43,679 bases of DNA from a virus (IMGVR_UViG_3300032277_000011:1-43679); one strand, 5' to 3'; positions 8,324 to 15,934 are shown, numbered from the stretch's first letter. Notes: generated by a model not told the origin, from the sequence alone. Program-made: numbers and translations.

Positions 8324-10090
8324 TAACCTCAACTTCCCATCTGTTAGGACATTAGATAGTTCACCCATAACCTTAGAGGAGAACTCTTCCATGTCATTGA
8401 TTACTACACTCTTAGGATATAGGTTCTCAACATGGTCAGTGTGTACACCAATACCTATGCACTCCACATCCTTGATACCCTCGACGTACTCCCTCAAGTG
8501 TCTCTCTAGCTCACCATAACCTACACTTTCTGAAGTGGTGTTAGCTGGTTGTCCATCAGATATAGCTAAGAGTATCTTCCTCTTCTCAGGACGTGAACGT
8601 AGGCGTTGGTGTGCCCACATAACAGCATCCCTATCTGAGTTACCACCTCCTACATACCCATCAATCTTACCTACTGTATCCCTCTTGTTGAACAGTTTAT
8701 CAGTAAAAGATTTGAATACAAATGTCCTTAAGATGTCAACTCTATGATAGTTCTGGTCTGCATACTTCTCGTAGTCGTTATTGAACTCAGTCTGGTAGTT
8801 CCCGTTACTGAAGCCAGTGATCTCATACTTAATCTGTGTACCCTCAAAGCATTCAGCTAAGGCAATAGCCATCTGTGTAGCAGCGTAGGCCCTCTTATCA
8901 TACATTGAACCAGATAGATCAATCAGTACCTCAATGGCTGTGTCCATCTCATCCCTATCTTTACGTGCCTTGTAGATGTTCTGTGCCCCATTGTACCCTG
9001 ACACCAGACGTTTAGTATCTAGTCTGCCTAGTTCTCTACCGTAGTCCCAGTCCCTATTCTCTCTAGCTAGTAGTGACCTACGTAGTTTACTCTTCATTAC
9101 ATTGATGTGAGATTGTACCTTAGACTTCTTCTCTTCGTAACCATCCTTGCAGTGCCGGCCAGTGAACCTCTTAAGTAGCTCCTCTCCCTCATAGGTTACA
9201 TCATCTCTAGTTGAGAGTACACGATAGGCTCCCTTGTAGTCTCCTTCCTTGATTACCCTGTCACCTAGCATCTCGGAGATCATCTCACCTTCATCTTGAG
9301 GTGGACCATCAGGTTGTTCTCCTTCTAGTGGGTGTCCTTGACCCTCACCTTTACCACCCTCCTGAGGTTGGCCCCCACCTTCTTGTTCTTCACCCTCCTC
9401 ATCACTAGGTTCACCCTCAGTGTAGTCCTCAGGATCAAAGTCCTCAGGGTCTTGCTCTAGTTCAGGGTCCTCCTCTAAGTACTTGTATACTGCACGAGTA
9501 AGGTTAACTACATCACCAGTGTTCTCACACTTATGTACTTCCTCTATCCACCTCTCAGCGTGGCCCTTAAGGTTGCTAGGTAGAACATCTAGTACCTTGG
9601 AGTTCATCTCAGTACGTTCATAGTCCTTCCTACCTGTAGCTGTGATAGCTAGACCCACTGAGGGTAGGTTAACCTTACTGAATACCTCAGGGTTCTCCTT
9701 AACGAAGTCCAACTCCTTCTCTTTGATGAACTCATTGACACTAGATAAGTTCTTACCTGAGCCTTGGTACTCCTCCATTACCTTCTTCTCTAACCACATA
9801 TCCTCTAAGCAGTTATGAAGCATAGACATAGACTCATTACCTTCACGTCCTAGCTTGTTGACCTCATCGAAGTCAGTATGTCGTAGGTGTCCAGCCTCAT
9901 GGTCAACGTAACCCCTCATGATCTTAACTTCATCTTCAGTTAAGGTTACACCTTGAGGTAGACTAGGTAGTATGACTTCCTTCCCGTTAGTCTTAGCCTC
10001 ATCACCCTCGAAGTGTACTTGCACCTCACTGTTTCTACCTAAGACAGCTGATAGTTGCCTCATCTCATGTGTGAACTCTTCGGTCTTCAT
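8321..10090 (-). CDS. CobT-like vWA (MIDAS) protein with N-terminal HExxH domain
   Basis: GYVDHEAGH, NCLED, acidic linker, GRLD, MIDAS DLSGS, ISDGQP, CIGIGV. Confidence 0.88.
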   Translation of the reverse strand: MKTEEFTHEMRQLSAVLGRNSEVQVHFEGDEAKTNGKEVILPSLPQGVTLTEDEVKIMRGYVDHEAGHLRHTDFDEVNKLGREGNESMSMLHNCLEDMWLEKKVMEEYQGSGKNLSSVNEFIKEKELDFVKENPEVFSKVNLPSVGLAITATGRKDYERTEMNSKVLDVLPSNLKGHAERWIEEVHKCENTGDVVNLTRAVYKYLEEDPELEQDPEDFDPEDYTEGEPSDEEGEEQEGGGQPQEGGKGEGQGHPLEGEQPDGPPQDEGEMISEMLGDRVIKEGDYKGAYRVLSTRDDVTYEGEELLKRFTGRHCKDGYEEKKSKVQSHINVMKSKLRRSLLARENRDWDYGRELGRLDTKRLVSGYNGAQNIYKARKDRDEMDTAIEVLIDLSGSMYDKRAYAATQMAIALAECFEGTQIKYEITGFSNGNYQTEFNNDYEKYADQNYHRVDILRTFVFKSFTDKLFNKRDTVGKIDGYVGGGNSDRDAVMWAHQRLRSRPEKRKILLAISDGQPANTTSESVGYGELERHLREYVEGIKDVECIGIGVHTDHVENLYPKSVVINDMEEFSSKVMGELSNVLTDGKLRL

Positions 10091-10150
10091 AGTGTATCTC
10101 CTTTCTTTATTGTAGCTTGTAGCCCGACAGTGCGTTAGGAACGAAGTGAC

Positions 10151-10363
10151 TCATAGCATCTCTAGTGGGACAATCAACTCTACCTCATACCCGTAGTTTT
10201 CTAAGAACTCCTTAAAGGTCTGTGAGTCTGGTTCAATTTCAGAGTCATTTAAGGACTTAACCCAATCTTCCCAAACATTATATAGCCTATCACTTTGCTT
10301 GATGTACCAAGGCATGTGTTCTTTATCAGCCTCTTCAAAGTACAGTCCATTAGGATACTCCAT
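10151..10363 (-). CDS. EML-tail family microprotein
   Basis: Starts MEYPNGLY, contains WEDWVKSL, ends IVPLEML*. Confidence 0.75.
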   Translation of the reverse strand: MEYPNGLYFEEADKEHMPWYIKQSDRLYNVWEDWVKSLNDSEIEPDSQTFKEFLENYGYEVELIVPLEML

Positions 10364-10386
10364 ACTTCTTTCCTTTCATACTTCAT

Positions 10387-10413
10387 GTTAGTTTGAAGCC
10401 TTGGCTCTCACTA
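10387..10413 (-). other. conserved short hairpin element, copy 2
   Basis: Minus strand TAG-TGAGAGC-CAAG-GCTTC-AAACTAAC directly at the CobS-like stop. Confidence 0.6.
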
Positions 10414-12069
10414 CTTAGCCACTCTATCTACTAACCCTCGTAGTACAGCGTAGTCCTGTAGGTTAGCACGATCTAGTACTGTCATCTCCAAGGCATCCTT
10501 AACTGGTGACTGAGAGTTAACTGAGTTGAAGTAAGCTACTGCTTTACCTACAGCTAACATACCACGAGGTGAGATAGGTTGGATTACCTTAGCTTCTTTG
10601 AATGCCTCAAGGTGTTCAGTAGTATACTTACCTACCTGTTGTACATCCTTCTCAGTTAAGGTAGGGCATGTGTCCTTGAGTAATGCTTCACGTTGTTCAG
10701 GTTCAAGGTAATCAATCTTAGCCCATACAGTGAAGCGATCAAGCAAGGCTAGTGATTGAGGACGAGCACCTTGATACATACCCTTCTCATCTCCTTGTCC
10801 TACTGTGTTACCAGTAGCAAACATACGGAACATCTCATGTGGTTTAACTACACGATCACCATCCTCAGTAATACGTAAGCCGTTACCCTCGAAGGCACCC
10901 TGCATAACATACGACACATCAGGACGAACAAAGTCTAGCTCATCGAAGCACCCTAAGTATGGGCCTGACATCATACGGGGTAGGATACCATCAATGAACT
11001 CACTGACTGTGTTACCTTCATCATCTGTAGTCAAGGTATCACGACCAATCAAATCCATACGAGTGATCTCACTATCAAAGTTAACTCTAGCGAAGGGCCA
11101 GTTAAGGTGTGCTGCCACCTGCTCAATCAAGGTAGTCTTACCTGTACCAGTGTCCCCTTGTAGGTAACACCGTTGGTTAGTTACGATAGAGTAGATGACA
11201 CGTAGTAGTTCCTTCTTACGGAAGATGTACTTGCTGTCAATGTTAGGCACATCAGGGTGTACAGCTACACTACCATCATCAGGGTTAGTCCACTCCCAGC
11301 ACGGTACCTTCTGATCTTCTTCCTTAGTAATCTTAAGGGAAGGGAACAACTTACTTAAGGACTTCATTACTACCTTACCCTCAGGTACAGTACCGTCAGA
11401 CTCAACAGCTACATCCTTGAAGGGCTTAGCTTTAAGTTCAGCATCCATTGAAGACAGTTGCTTCTTGAACTCCTTCTCCTTAGCTTTCATTGAGGCCAAG
11501 GTATCCTTAAGTTTGTCATCAGATGTAGCTGACTTGAGTTGTGCTTCAAGGACTAGATCACTTGAGGTATTAACCTTGTTGATTAACTCTTCAATACTAG
11601 GCAGCTTAGAGTTCTCTAGGACTACATCCAATACCTTACGTTCACTAGCTGAAGGTACAACTAGAGGTGTGTCTGAGGTATCAGTTACTGTGGTCTCTAC
11701 CTTAGCACTTGAACCTACCAAACCTTGGGCATGTACCTCAGCCAGTGCCTTCTCAGCTGCTTGGTAACGATCAGGGAACTCCTCTAGGTAAGGGTACTTA
11801 CTAACACTCCCTTGGTTCTCGATTACTAACCAACTCAGTACAGTGTAGTCATCCTCATAGATAGCAATCAATAAGGTACCCATAGGCATAGCCTTGAGTG
11901 TGTTATATAAGGTCTTACCTGAGACACCTTCGACATCATTGGTTACATCAGACTGGTTGTCATACATCCAGCGTTTAACTAGGTGTAGTATCTTTTCTTT
12001 GTTGATGTTCTCTTCACCACGTACCGCTGGGTTGTAGTGTCGAGCGAATTGATTTAATAGTTCTTTCAT
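10411..12069 (-). CDS. CobS-like MoxR-family AAA+ ATPase with long N-terminal extension
   Basis: Walker A GDTGTGKT, RVNFDSEITRMDLIG, Walker B FDELD, FATGN, LLDRF, ISPRG. Confidence 0.9.
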   Translation of the reverse strand: MKELLNQFARHYNPAVRGEENINKEKILHLVKRWMYDNQSDVTNDVEGVSGKTLYNTLKAMPMGTLLIAIYEDDYTVLSWLVIENQGSVSKYPYLEEFPDRYQAAEKALAEVHAQGLVGSSAKVETTVTDTSDTPLVVPSASERKVLDVVLENSKLPSIEELINKVNTSSDLVLEAQLKSATSDDKLKDTLASMKAKEKEFKKQLSSMDAELKAKPFKDVAVESDGTVPEGKVVMKSLSKLFPSLKITKEEDQKVPCWEWTNPDDGSVAVHPDVPNIDSKYIFRKKELLRVIYSIVTNQRCYLQGDTGTGKTTLIEQVAAHLNWPFARVNFDSEITRMDLIGRDTLTTDDEGNTVSEFIDGILPRMMSGPYLGCFDELDFVRPDVSYVMQGAFEGNGLRITEDGDRVVKPHEMFRMFATGNTVGQGDEKGMYQGARPQSLALLDRFTVWAKIDYLEPEQREALLKDTCPTLTEKDVQQVGKYTTEHLEAFKEAKVIQPISPRGMLAVGKAVAYFNSVNSQSPVKDALEMTVLDRANLQDYAVLRGLVDRVAK

Positions 12070-12296
12070 TTGTCTTCTCCTTCTTGATCTACCATACTCA
12101 TACCATCAGTCATCCTAACGATATCCTCTAGGGTCTCAGGGTTAGTACCTAGCTCATACCCTACAGCCATACCCTCACTGAAGGCTTGAGATAAGAGCTT
12201 ATCCATGATCTGCTTACCTATACTGTTACCTACCAAGAACCCTACAACAAATCCTCCTGTTACTAGGGCTACATGAATCCAATTGATACTATCCAT
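12066..12296 (-). CDS. small membrane-anchored protein
   Basis: N-terminal hydrophobic helix; AAGGAG RBS. Confidence 0.65.
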   Translation of the reverse strand: MDSINWIHVALVTGGFVVGFLVGNSIGKQIMDKLLSQAFSEGMAVGYELGTNPETLEDIVRMTDGMSMVDQEGEDK

Positions 12297-12330
12297 CTTA
12301 CTTCTCCTTCTCTCTCTTCTCTAAGTTATC

Positions 12331-12558
12331 TTATAACATCTCTAGTGGTACAAGTAAATAAGGTTTATAGGTCAAGCCCACTAATTCTTCAGGTGTTGCT
12401 TGGATACCTACCTTATCCTGCTCATCTATAGCTTCCAGCCAAGAACCTCTCCAACCACTTCTAGACCCTCCAGAGTATACTGTATAAGGTTCTGTGTCTC
12501 CCCTTGTACTCTTATTAGCAAACCACAACCCCTTTACTTCATAGTCAGTCTTCTCCAT
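12331..12558 (-). CDS. EML-tail family microprotein
   Basis: Contains KGLWF and WRGSWLEAI, ends YLLVPLEML*. Confidence 0.75.
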   Translation of the reverse strand: MEKTDYEVKGLWFANKSTRGDTEPYTVYSGGSRSGWRGSWLEAIDEQDKVGIQATPEELVGLTYKPYLLVPLEML

Positions 12559-12704
12559 CCTCCTCTAACCTCCTGTTATCATTGGTCATTCCATTGGTGT
12601 ATACATTATCACATGGGTCATCGCTATGTTCATCGGGAAGAACGTAGTCCTCAGGTGGGTCATCTCCACTCTCACTAGCGACCTCTTTGTTTTCATTAGA
12701 CATA

Positions 12705-12881
12705 TTATAACATCTCCTCTGGTACTAGTAGGGTATAATGTTCTTCTCCTAGGCTACCTCCTAAATCAACACCACTGAACGTACAGATTAAGGCGTTCAT
12801 CCAGTTACGTTCATACCCCGACCACCCTTCAGGCCAACACCTAAGGTAGTCTCCTTCACTATCTCTAATCAGACCGTACAT
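12705..12881 (-). CDS. EML-tail family microprotein
   Basis: AAGGAGG RBS; MYGLI...WSGYERNWMNAL...YTLLVPEEML*. Confidence 0.75.
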   Translation of the reverse strand: MYGLIRDSEGDYLRCWPEGWSGYERNWMNALICTFSGVDLGGSLGEEHYTLLVPEEML

Positions 12882-13317
12882 GATCATAACCTCCTTGAGG
12901 TGTCGCAGCAAGCTGCTCAGGGTTCCCCTCTACTACAATAGTGAAGTACCTATCTTGAGCAGGGTCATAAGAGTAGTCCTCAAAGACTCTAGGTACAAAG
13001 GGTTGAGTGTCAGCCATACAACCAAGGTACTCTACCTCACCATCAGGGTACACTAACTGAGTATACTTCTTGTTGCACTCACTCACTTGCATGATACACT
13101 CTTGCTTATCAAGGTAACCTGAGTCAGCTACAACAAGATGGAAGTCATCAGTCCTCATGATAAAGGAGTACTTTAGCTTCCCCTTATAACTACCAATCAT
13201 AGGCTTCATGGTTCCCTTCATCTTACCTAAAGCTCTCGCCTCATCAACTAACCTCAAGAACCTAGCTAGTGTATGTAGGTCAGTGAAGTTATCTATACTA
13301 AAGATTGTGTACTTCAT
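12865..13317 (-). CDS. putative SAM lyase (T3 SAMase-like) family protein
   Basis: GSYKGxxxxSF, QECI, LVYPDGEVEYLG and DYSYDP pattern; early-region position; recognised by eye only. Confidence 0.5.
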   Translation of the reverse strand: MKYTIFSIDNFTDLHTLARFLRLVDEARALGKMKGTMKPMIGSYKGKLKYSFIMRTDDFHLVVADSGYLDKQECIMQVSECNKKYTQLVYPDGEVEYLGCMADTQPFVPRVFEDYSYDPAQDRYFTIVVEGNPEQLAATPQGGYDHVRSD

Positions 13318-13634
13318 GCTATGTATCCTTCTGGCCTATCCTCATTGCTTGACTCTGCCCCATCATACTCTGTTACTATAACCTCATCACCTTTATCACA
13401 GTAATGAACAGAGATACCTTCCCAACCTCCACAGTACACAACATCAGCACCAAAAACATCATCGAGGTAAGCCTCTACGTCATCTACTGAAGCCTTTCTC
13501 AGAGCCATCTCAACAAGTCTCTTATCAAACAACAAGAACTCAGCATGCTCCTCATTCCAAGTAGACCAACCAGCACCATAGCCATGTGATACTAGGTATC
13601 TTACCTTACCTTCTTTATTGGTGTGTCTATTCAT
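13314..13634 (-). CDS. conserved phage hypothetical protein (SxGYGAGWSTWN)
   Basis: ORF track; LVSHGYGAGWSTWN and EYDGAES motifs; AAGGAGG upstream. Confidence 0.75.
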   Translation of the reverse strand: MNRHTNKEGKVRYLVSHGYGAGWSTWNEEHAEFLLFDKRLVEMALRKASVDDVEAYLDDVFGADVVYCGGWEGISVHYCDKGDEVIVTEYDGAESSNEDRPEGYIA

Positions 13635-13682
13635 TTCATTAGGCCCTCCTTAGGCCAACGTTACCACTGGTACATTAAGTAT

Positions 13683-13785
13683 AACTTTAAGTATACTAGT
13701 ATCTTATAAGTAAAGAAGGATACCTAAAGTAATACTTAAAGTATATAGGGTATCAAACTTCTAGCTTGTAGTCAATACCTAAAGT
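13683..13785. repeat. AT-rich cluster of TAC(T/C)T(A/T)AAGT repeats
   Basis: Copies at 13683, 13721, 13733 and 13776. Confidence 0.55.
13747..13775 (-). promoter_or_regulatory. sigma70-type promoter
   Basis: TTGACT-N17-TACCCT. Confidence 0.45.
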
Positions 13786-13848
13786 TATTTGTAGTTGTTG
13801 AGGGGAGTTCACTGAGCACCCTGTCCCTTGTGTTAGGTAGGGTAAATC

Positions 13849-13877
13849 TTGACTTTTGTGTCCATCTATGGTATAAT
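13849..13877 (+). promoter_or_regulatory. sigma70 promoter for the HNH gene
   Basis: TTGACT-N17-TATAAT with TGn extended -10. Confidence 0.8.
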
Positions 13878-13901
13878 AACGTATCCCCATAGAAAGGTCA
13901 A
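13873..13901 (-). promoter_or_regulatory. sigma70 promoter overlapping the opposite-strand promoter
   Basis: TTGACC-N17-TATTAT on the minus strand. Confidence 0.65.
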
Positions 13902-13907
13902 CACTAA

Positions 13908-14291
13908 ATGTTCTCTCCGTACACCTGTACTTATTGTGGTTCTCCTTCTGACTCTCTTGATCACGTTGTACCACAGTCCTACACTAACTCAACCTCATTC
14001 TCTAAAGACTTGGTGGTCCCTTGTTGTAGAGAGTGTAACACTTTACTAAGCAACACCTTCAACCACACCATATCAGATAGATGTTATTTCCTTATACCTA
14101 AATACCAGAAGAGGTACAAGAGAGAACTTAACATGCCTGACTGGACAGAGCAAGAACTTAATGAAGTCTCCGAAGATATGGCAAACTTTGTGTCATCTTC
14201 TTTATCCTTTCGTGATGAGACTAAACTTAGAGTAGAAAACCTTAAGTTTGTAGCTAATTTAAATCCCTCTATACAGGACGTTTGGAAGTGA
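13908..14291 (+). CDS. HNH endonuclease
   Basis: CTYC...DHVVP...VPCCRECN; opposite orientation to its neighbours. Confidence 0.85.
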   Translation: MFSPYTCTYCGSPSDSLDHVVPQSYTNSTSFSKDLVVPCCRECNTLLSNTFNHTISDRCYFLIPKYQKRYKRELNMPDWTEQELNEVSEDMANFVSSSLSFRDETKLRVENLKFVANLNPSIQDVWK

Positions 14292-14434
14292 AACCTATAA
14301 CGTGGACATATTTATTCTTTAACCCCTGTCAGTGAAGCTTAGGATTGATCTGAGGCACTATAGGTACCGTACTGCTAGGGTAGCAAGCCACGCACTCCCA
14401 AAGACTGCCAACATATAGGCTATAAGAACACCCA

Positions 14435-14632
14435 TCAACATGGCACTAAGACATACTGTGATGCCTCCTCTAAGGTCTTAGCCTCAATGAATAGACAGAA
14501 CTCTACTATCGAGATACTGACTAGAGGGTTCCCCTCATTGCTAACTACTACTGCCCCTCCTGAATCCAGTAGGTCATACTTGTTGTCTACCTGTCGCTTA
14601 AGATTGGTATTCCTGAATGGATCAATGGTCAT
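14435..14632 (-). CDS. early hypothetical protein
   Basis: GAGGAG RBS; ORF track. Confidence 0.55.
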   Translation of the reverse strand: MTIDPFRNTNLKRQVDNKYDLLDSGGAVVVSNEGNPLVSISIVEFCLFIEAKTLEEASQYVLVPC

Positions 14633-14645
14633 GTTCTCTACTCCT

Positions 14646-14753
14646 CTACTTCATTAGATAGTTAACTACATGCCACCCTATAAAGACTGACACTATGATC
14701 CATGTGAATGGCATAGACCATATGGTTTCTACTATAGGGTGGATAGACGACAT
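14646..14753 (-). CDS. 35-aa membrane microprotein (not in ORF track)
   Basis: MSSIHPIVETIWSMPFTWIIVSVFIGWHVVNYLMK; GAGGT upstream. Confidence 0.45.
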   Translation of the reverse strand: MSSIHPIVETIWSMPFTWIIVSVFIGWHVVNYLMK

Positions 14754-14757
14754 AAAC

Positions 14758-14958
14758 TTATACCTCCTCTAGTGCCAGTTCGTTAAGGGTCTCAAGTATC
14801 AACTCAATAGCCTCTTGTTCACTGCCTACATCATAACAGGTGAAACAATGATAGTCAACCCACTGGCCCCCTATAGGTGTTTGAAGGTTGAATGTTGCAC
14901 CCTCGTTCCAAGTTGCACGTAGGTACTCACCGTTATGTTCTAATTCAAAGTGTTTCAT
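14758..14958 (-). CDS. early hypothetical protein
   Basis: AAGGA RBS; ORF track. Confidence 0.65.
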   Translation of the reverse strand: MKHFELEHNGEYLRATWNEGATFNLQTPIGGQWVDYHCFTCYDVGSEQEAIELILETLNELALEEV

Positions 14959-14995
14959 TGTCTTTATCCTTACCTTAGTTTTAACTCACTACTTG

Positions 14996-15024
14996 ACCTT
15001 ATAGCACCTCAAGTTAAAGGTCAA
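14996..15024 (-). promoter_or_regulatory. possible sigma70 promoter within a 9-bp inverted repeat
   Basis: TTGACC-N17-TAAGGT; inverted repeat CTTGACCTT (14992-15000) / AAGGTCAAG (15017-15025). Confidence 0.45.
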
Positions 15025-15054
15025 GGGGAAAGTTAAAGAACTTTATTTATTTAT

Positions 15055-15258
15055 TTATCCCCATCCTTTCACATCTGTTAGTTTGTTATCAAAGGTAAAT
15101 GAACTTTCACTATCTACATCACATACGACTTGATTTAAGGTTGCCATGTTCCTGACCATAGCGAACTTAGGGTGTACGCTTATAACTTCCCACTGGTTGA
15201 TGTGACCATAGATGTTGCCGTGTTGTTCCCACACCCGACCTTGTTTAAGTTCTTCCAT
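15055..15258 (-). CDS. first early hypothetical protein
   Basis: AAGGA RBS; lies downstream of tandem promoters. Confidence 0.6.
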   Translation of the reverse strand: MEELKQGRVWEQHGNIYGHINQWEVISVHPKFAMVRNMATLNQVVCDVDSESSFTFDNKLTDVKGWG

Positions 15259-15299
15259 AACGTGTACATTCCTTATGTATGTTTGTTGCTGTTGATACC

Positions 15300-15365
15300 A
15301 ATCTAATCCAAGTATTCAGATAAAGCAAGTAACATAATGTTACAAGTATCGAGTAATCTAGTCAA
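15300..15365 (-). promoter_or_regulatory. tandem early sigma70-type promoters
   Basis: TTGACT-N17-TAACAT (15365-15337) and TTGCTT-N17-TAGATT (15328-15300). Confidence 0.55.
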
Positions 15366-15578
15366 GTATTAATTTGTATATTATATTGTATAGGGCTAGA
15401 TGAGAATGATTCGCAAGTAGAGGAGTGTCAGTGGAGTGTTACATAAATGATACAGTGTGTTATATCTGCCACAGGTTGAGAGTGTGCAATGGTACACAAT
15501 GGTATACAGTAGGTAACATAGTACCCCTATACCTAAAGTTTAACAGGGGTGGGTCAGTGTGTATGACATATTATTCAT

Positions 15579-15600
15579 GGGGAGGGCAGGGGGCGCGGGG
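15579..15600 (+). other. G-quadruplex consensus motif
   Basis: GGGG-A-GGG-CA-GGGGG-CGC-GGGG. Confidence 0.5.
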
Positions 15601-15680
15601 TGCAGTGTATATTGTACAATACAGCTAAACAATTTCTAATAGTAATTTCATAATAAATGGAGCTAGGTGTAAATTAGTAC

Positions 15681-15708
15681 TTGACAGATTCCAGAATGCC
15701 GGTATACT
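15681..15708 (+). promoter_or_regulatory. sigma70-type promoter
   Basis: TTGACA-N16-TATACT. Confidence 0.55.
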
Positions 15709-15720
15709 ATACTTAATGTA

Positions 15721-15934
15721 TAATACTTAAAGTAGACACTTAGGTATACCTTAAGGATGAACTTTAAGTAATCTTCTTTATTCTAAGTAATACTACTATA
15801 CTTAATGAACGTAGTTCTAGATAAGGTTAATACTTTAAGTACCCTGAGGAGAGAAGAGACTAGGACCATATCAGATATTATTTGTAGTTTCTTAGAGTCC
15901 GAAGGACGAAAGGAGCGTAGCGACTACTTAAAGG
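15721..15934. repeat. second cluster of TACTT(A/T)AAG repeats
   Basis: Copies at 15724, 15760, 15831 and 15925; 14-bp TAATACTTAAAGTA identical to 13730-13743. Confidence 0.55.

Noticed and set aside
9300-9480. Low-complexity repeats (DPED, GE/GQ-rich) in the CobT-like gene
   Set aside because: Expected acidic linker of CobT-like proteins
8321-12069. Calling the pair a bona fide cobaltochelatase (cobS/cobT symbols)
   Set aside because: No CobN, and the family includes general chaperones; function cannot be fixed from sequence
12660-12676. TAGTGAGAG on the minus strand, matching the start of the hairpin element
   Set aside because: The complementary GCTYC arm and AAACT tail are absent
4728-12881. 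Diversity-generating retroelement or integron as the source of EML gene variation
   Set aside because: No reverse transcriptase, TR/VR pair, integrase or attC-like sites seen
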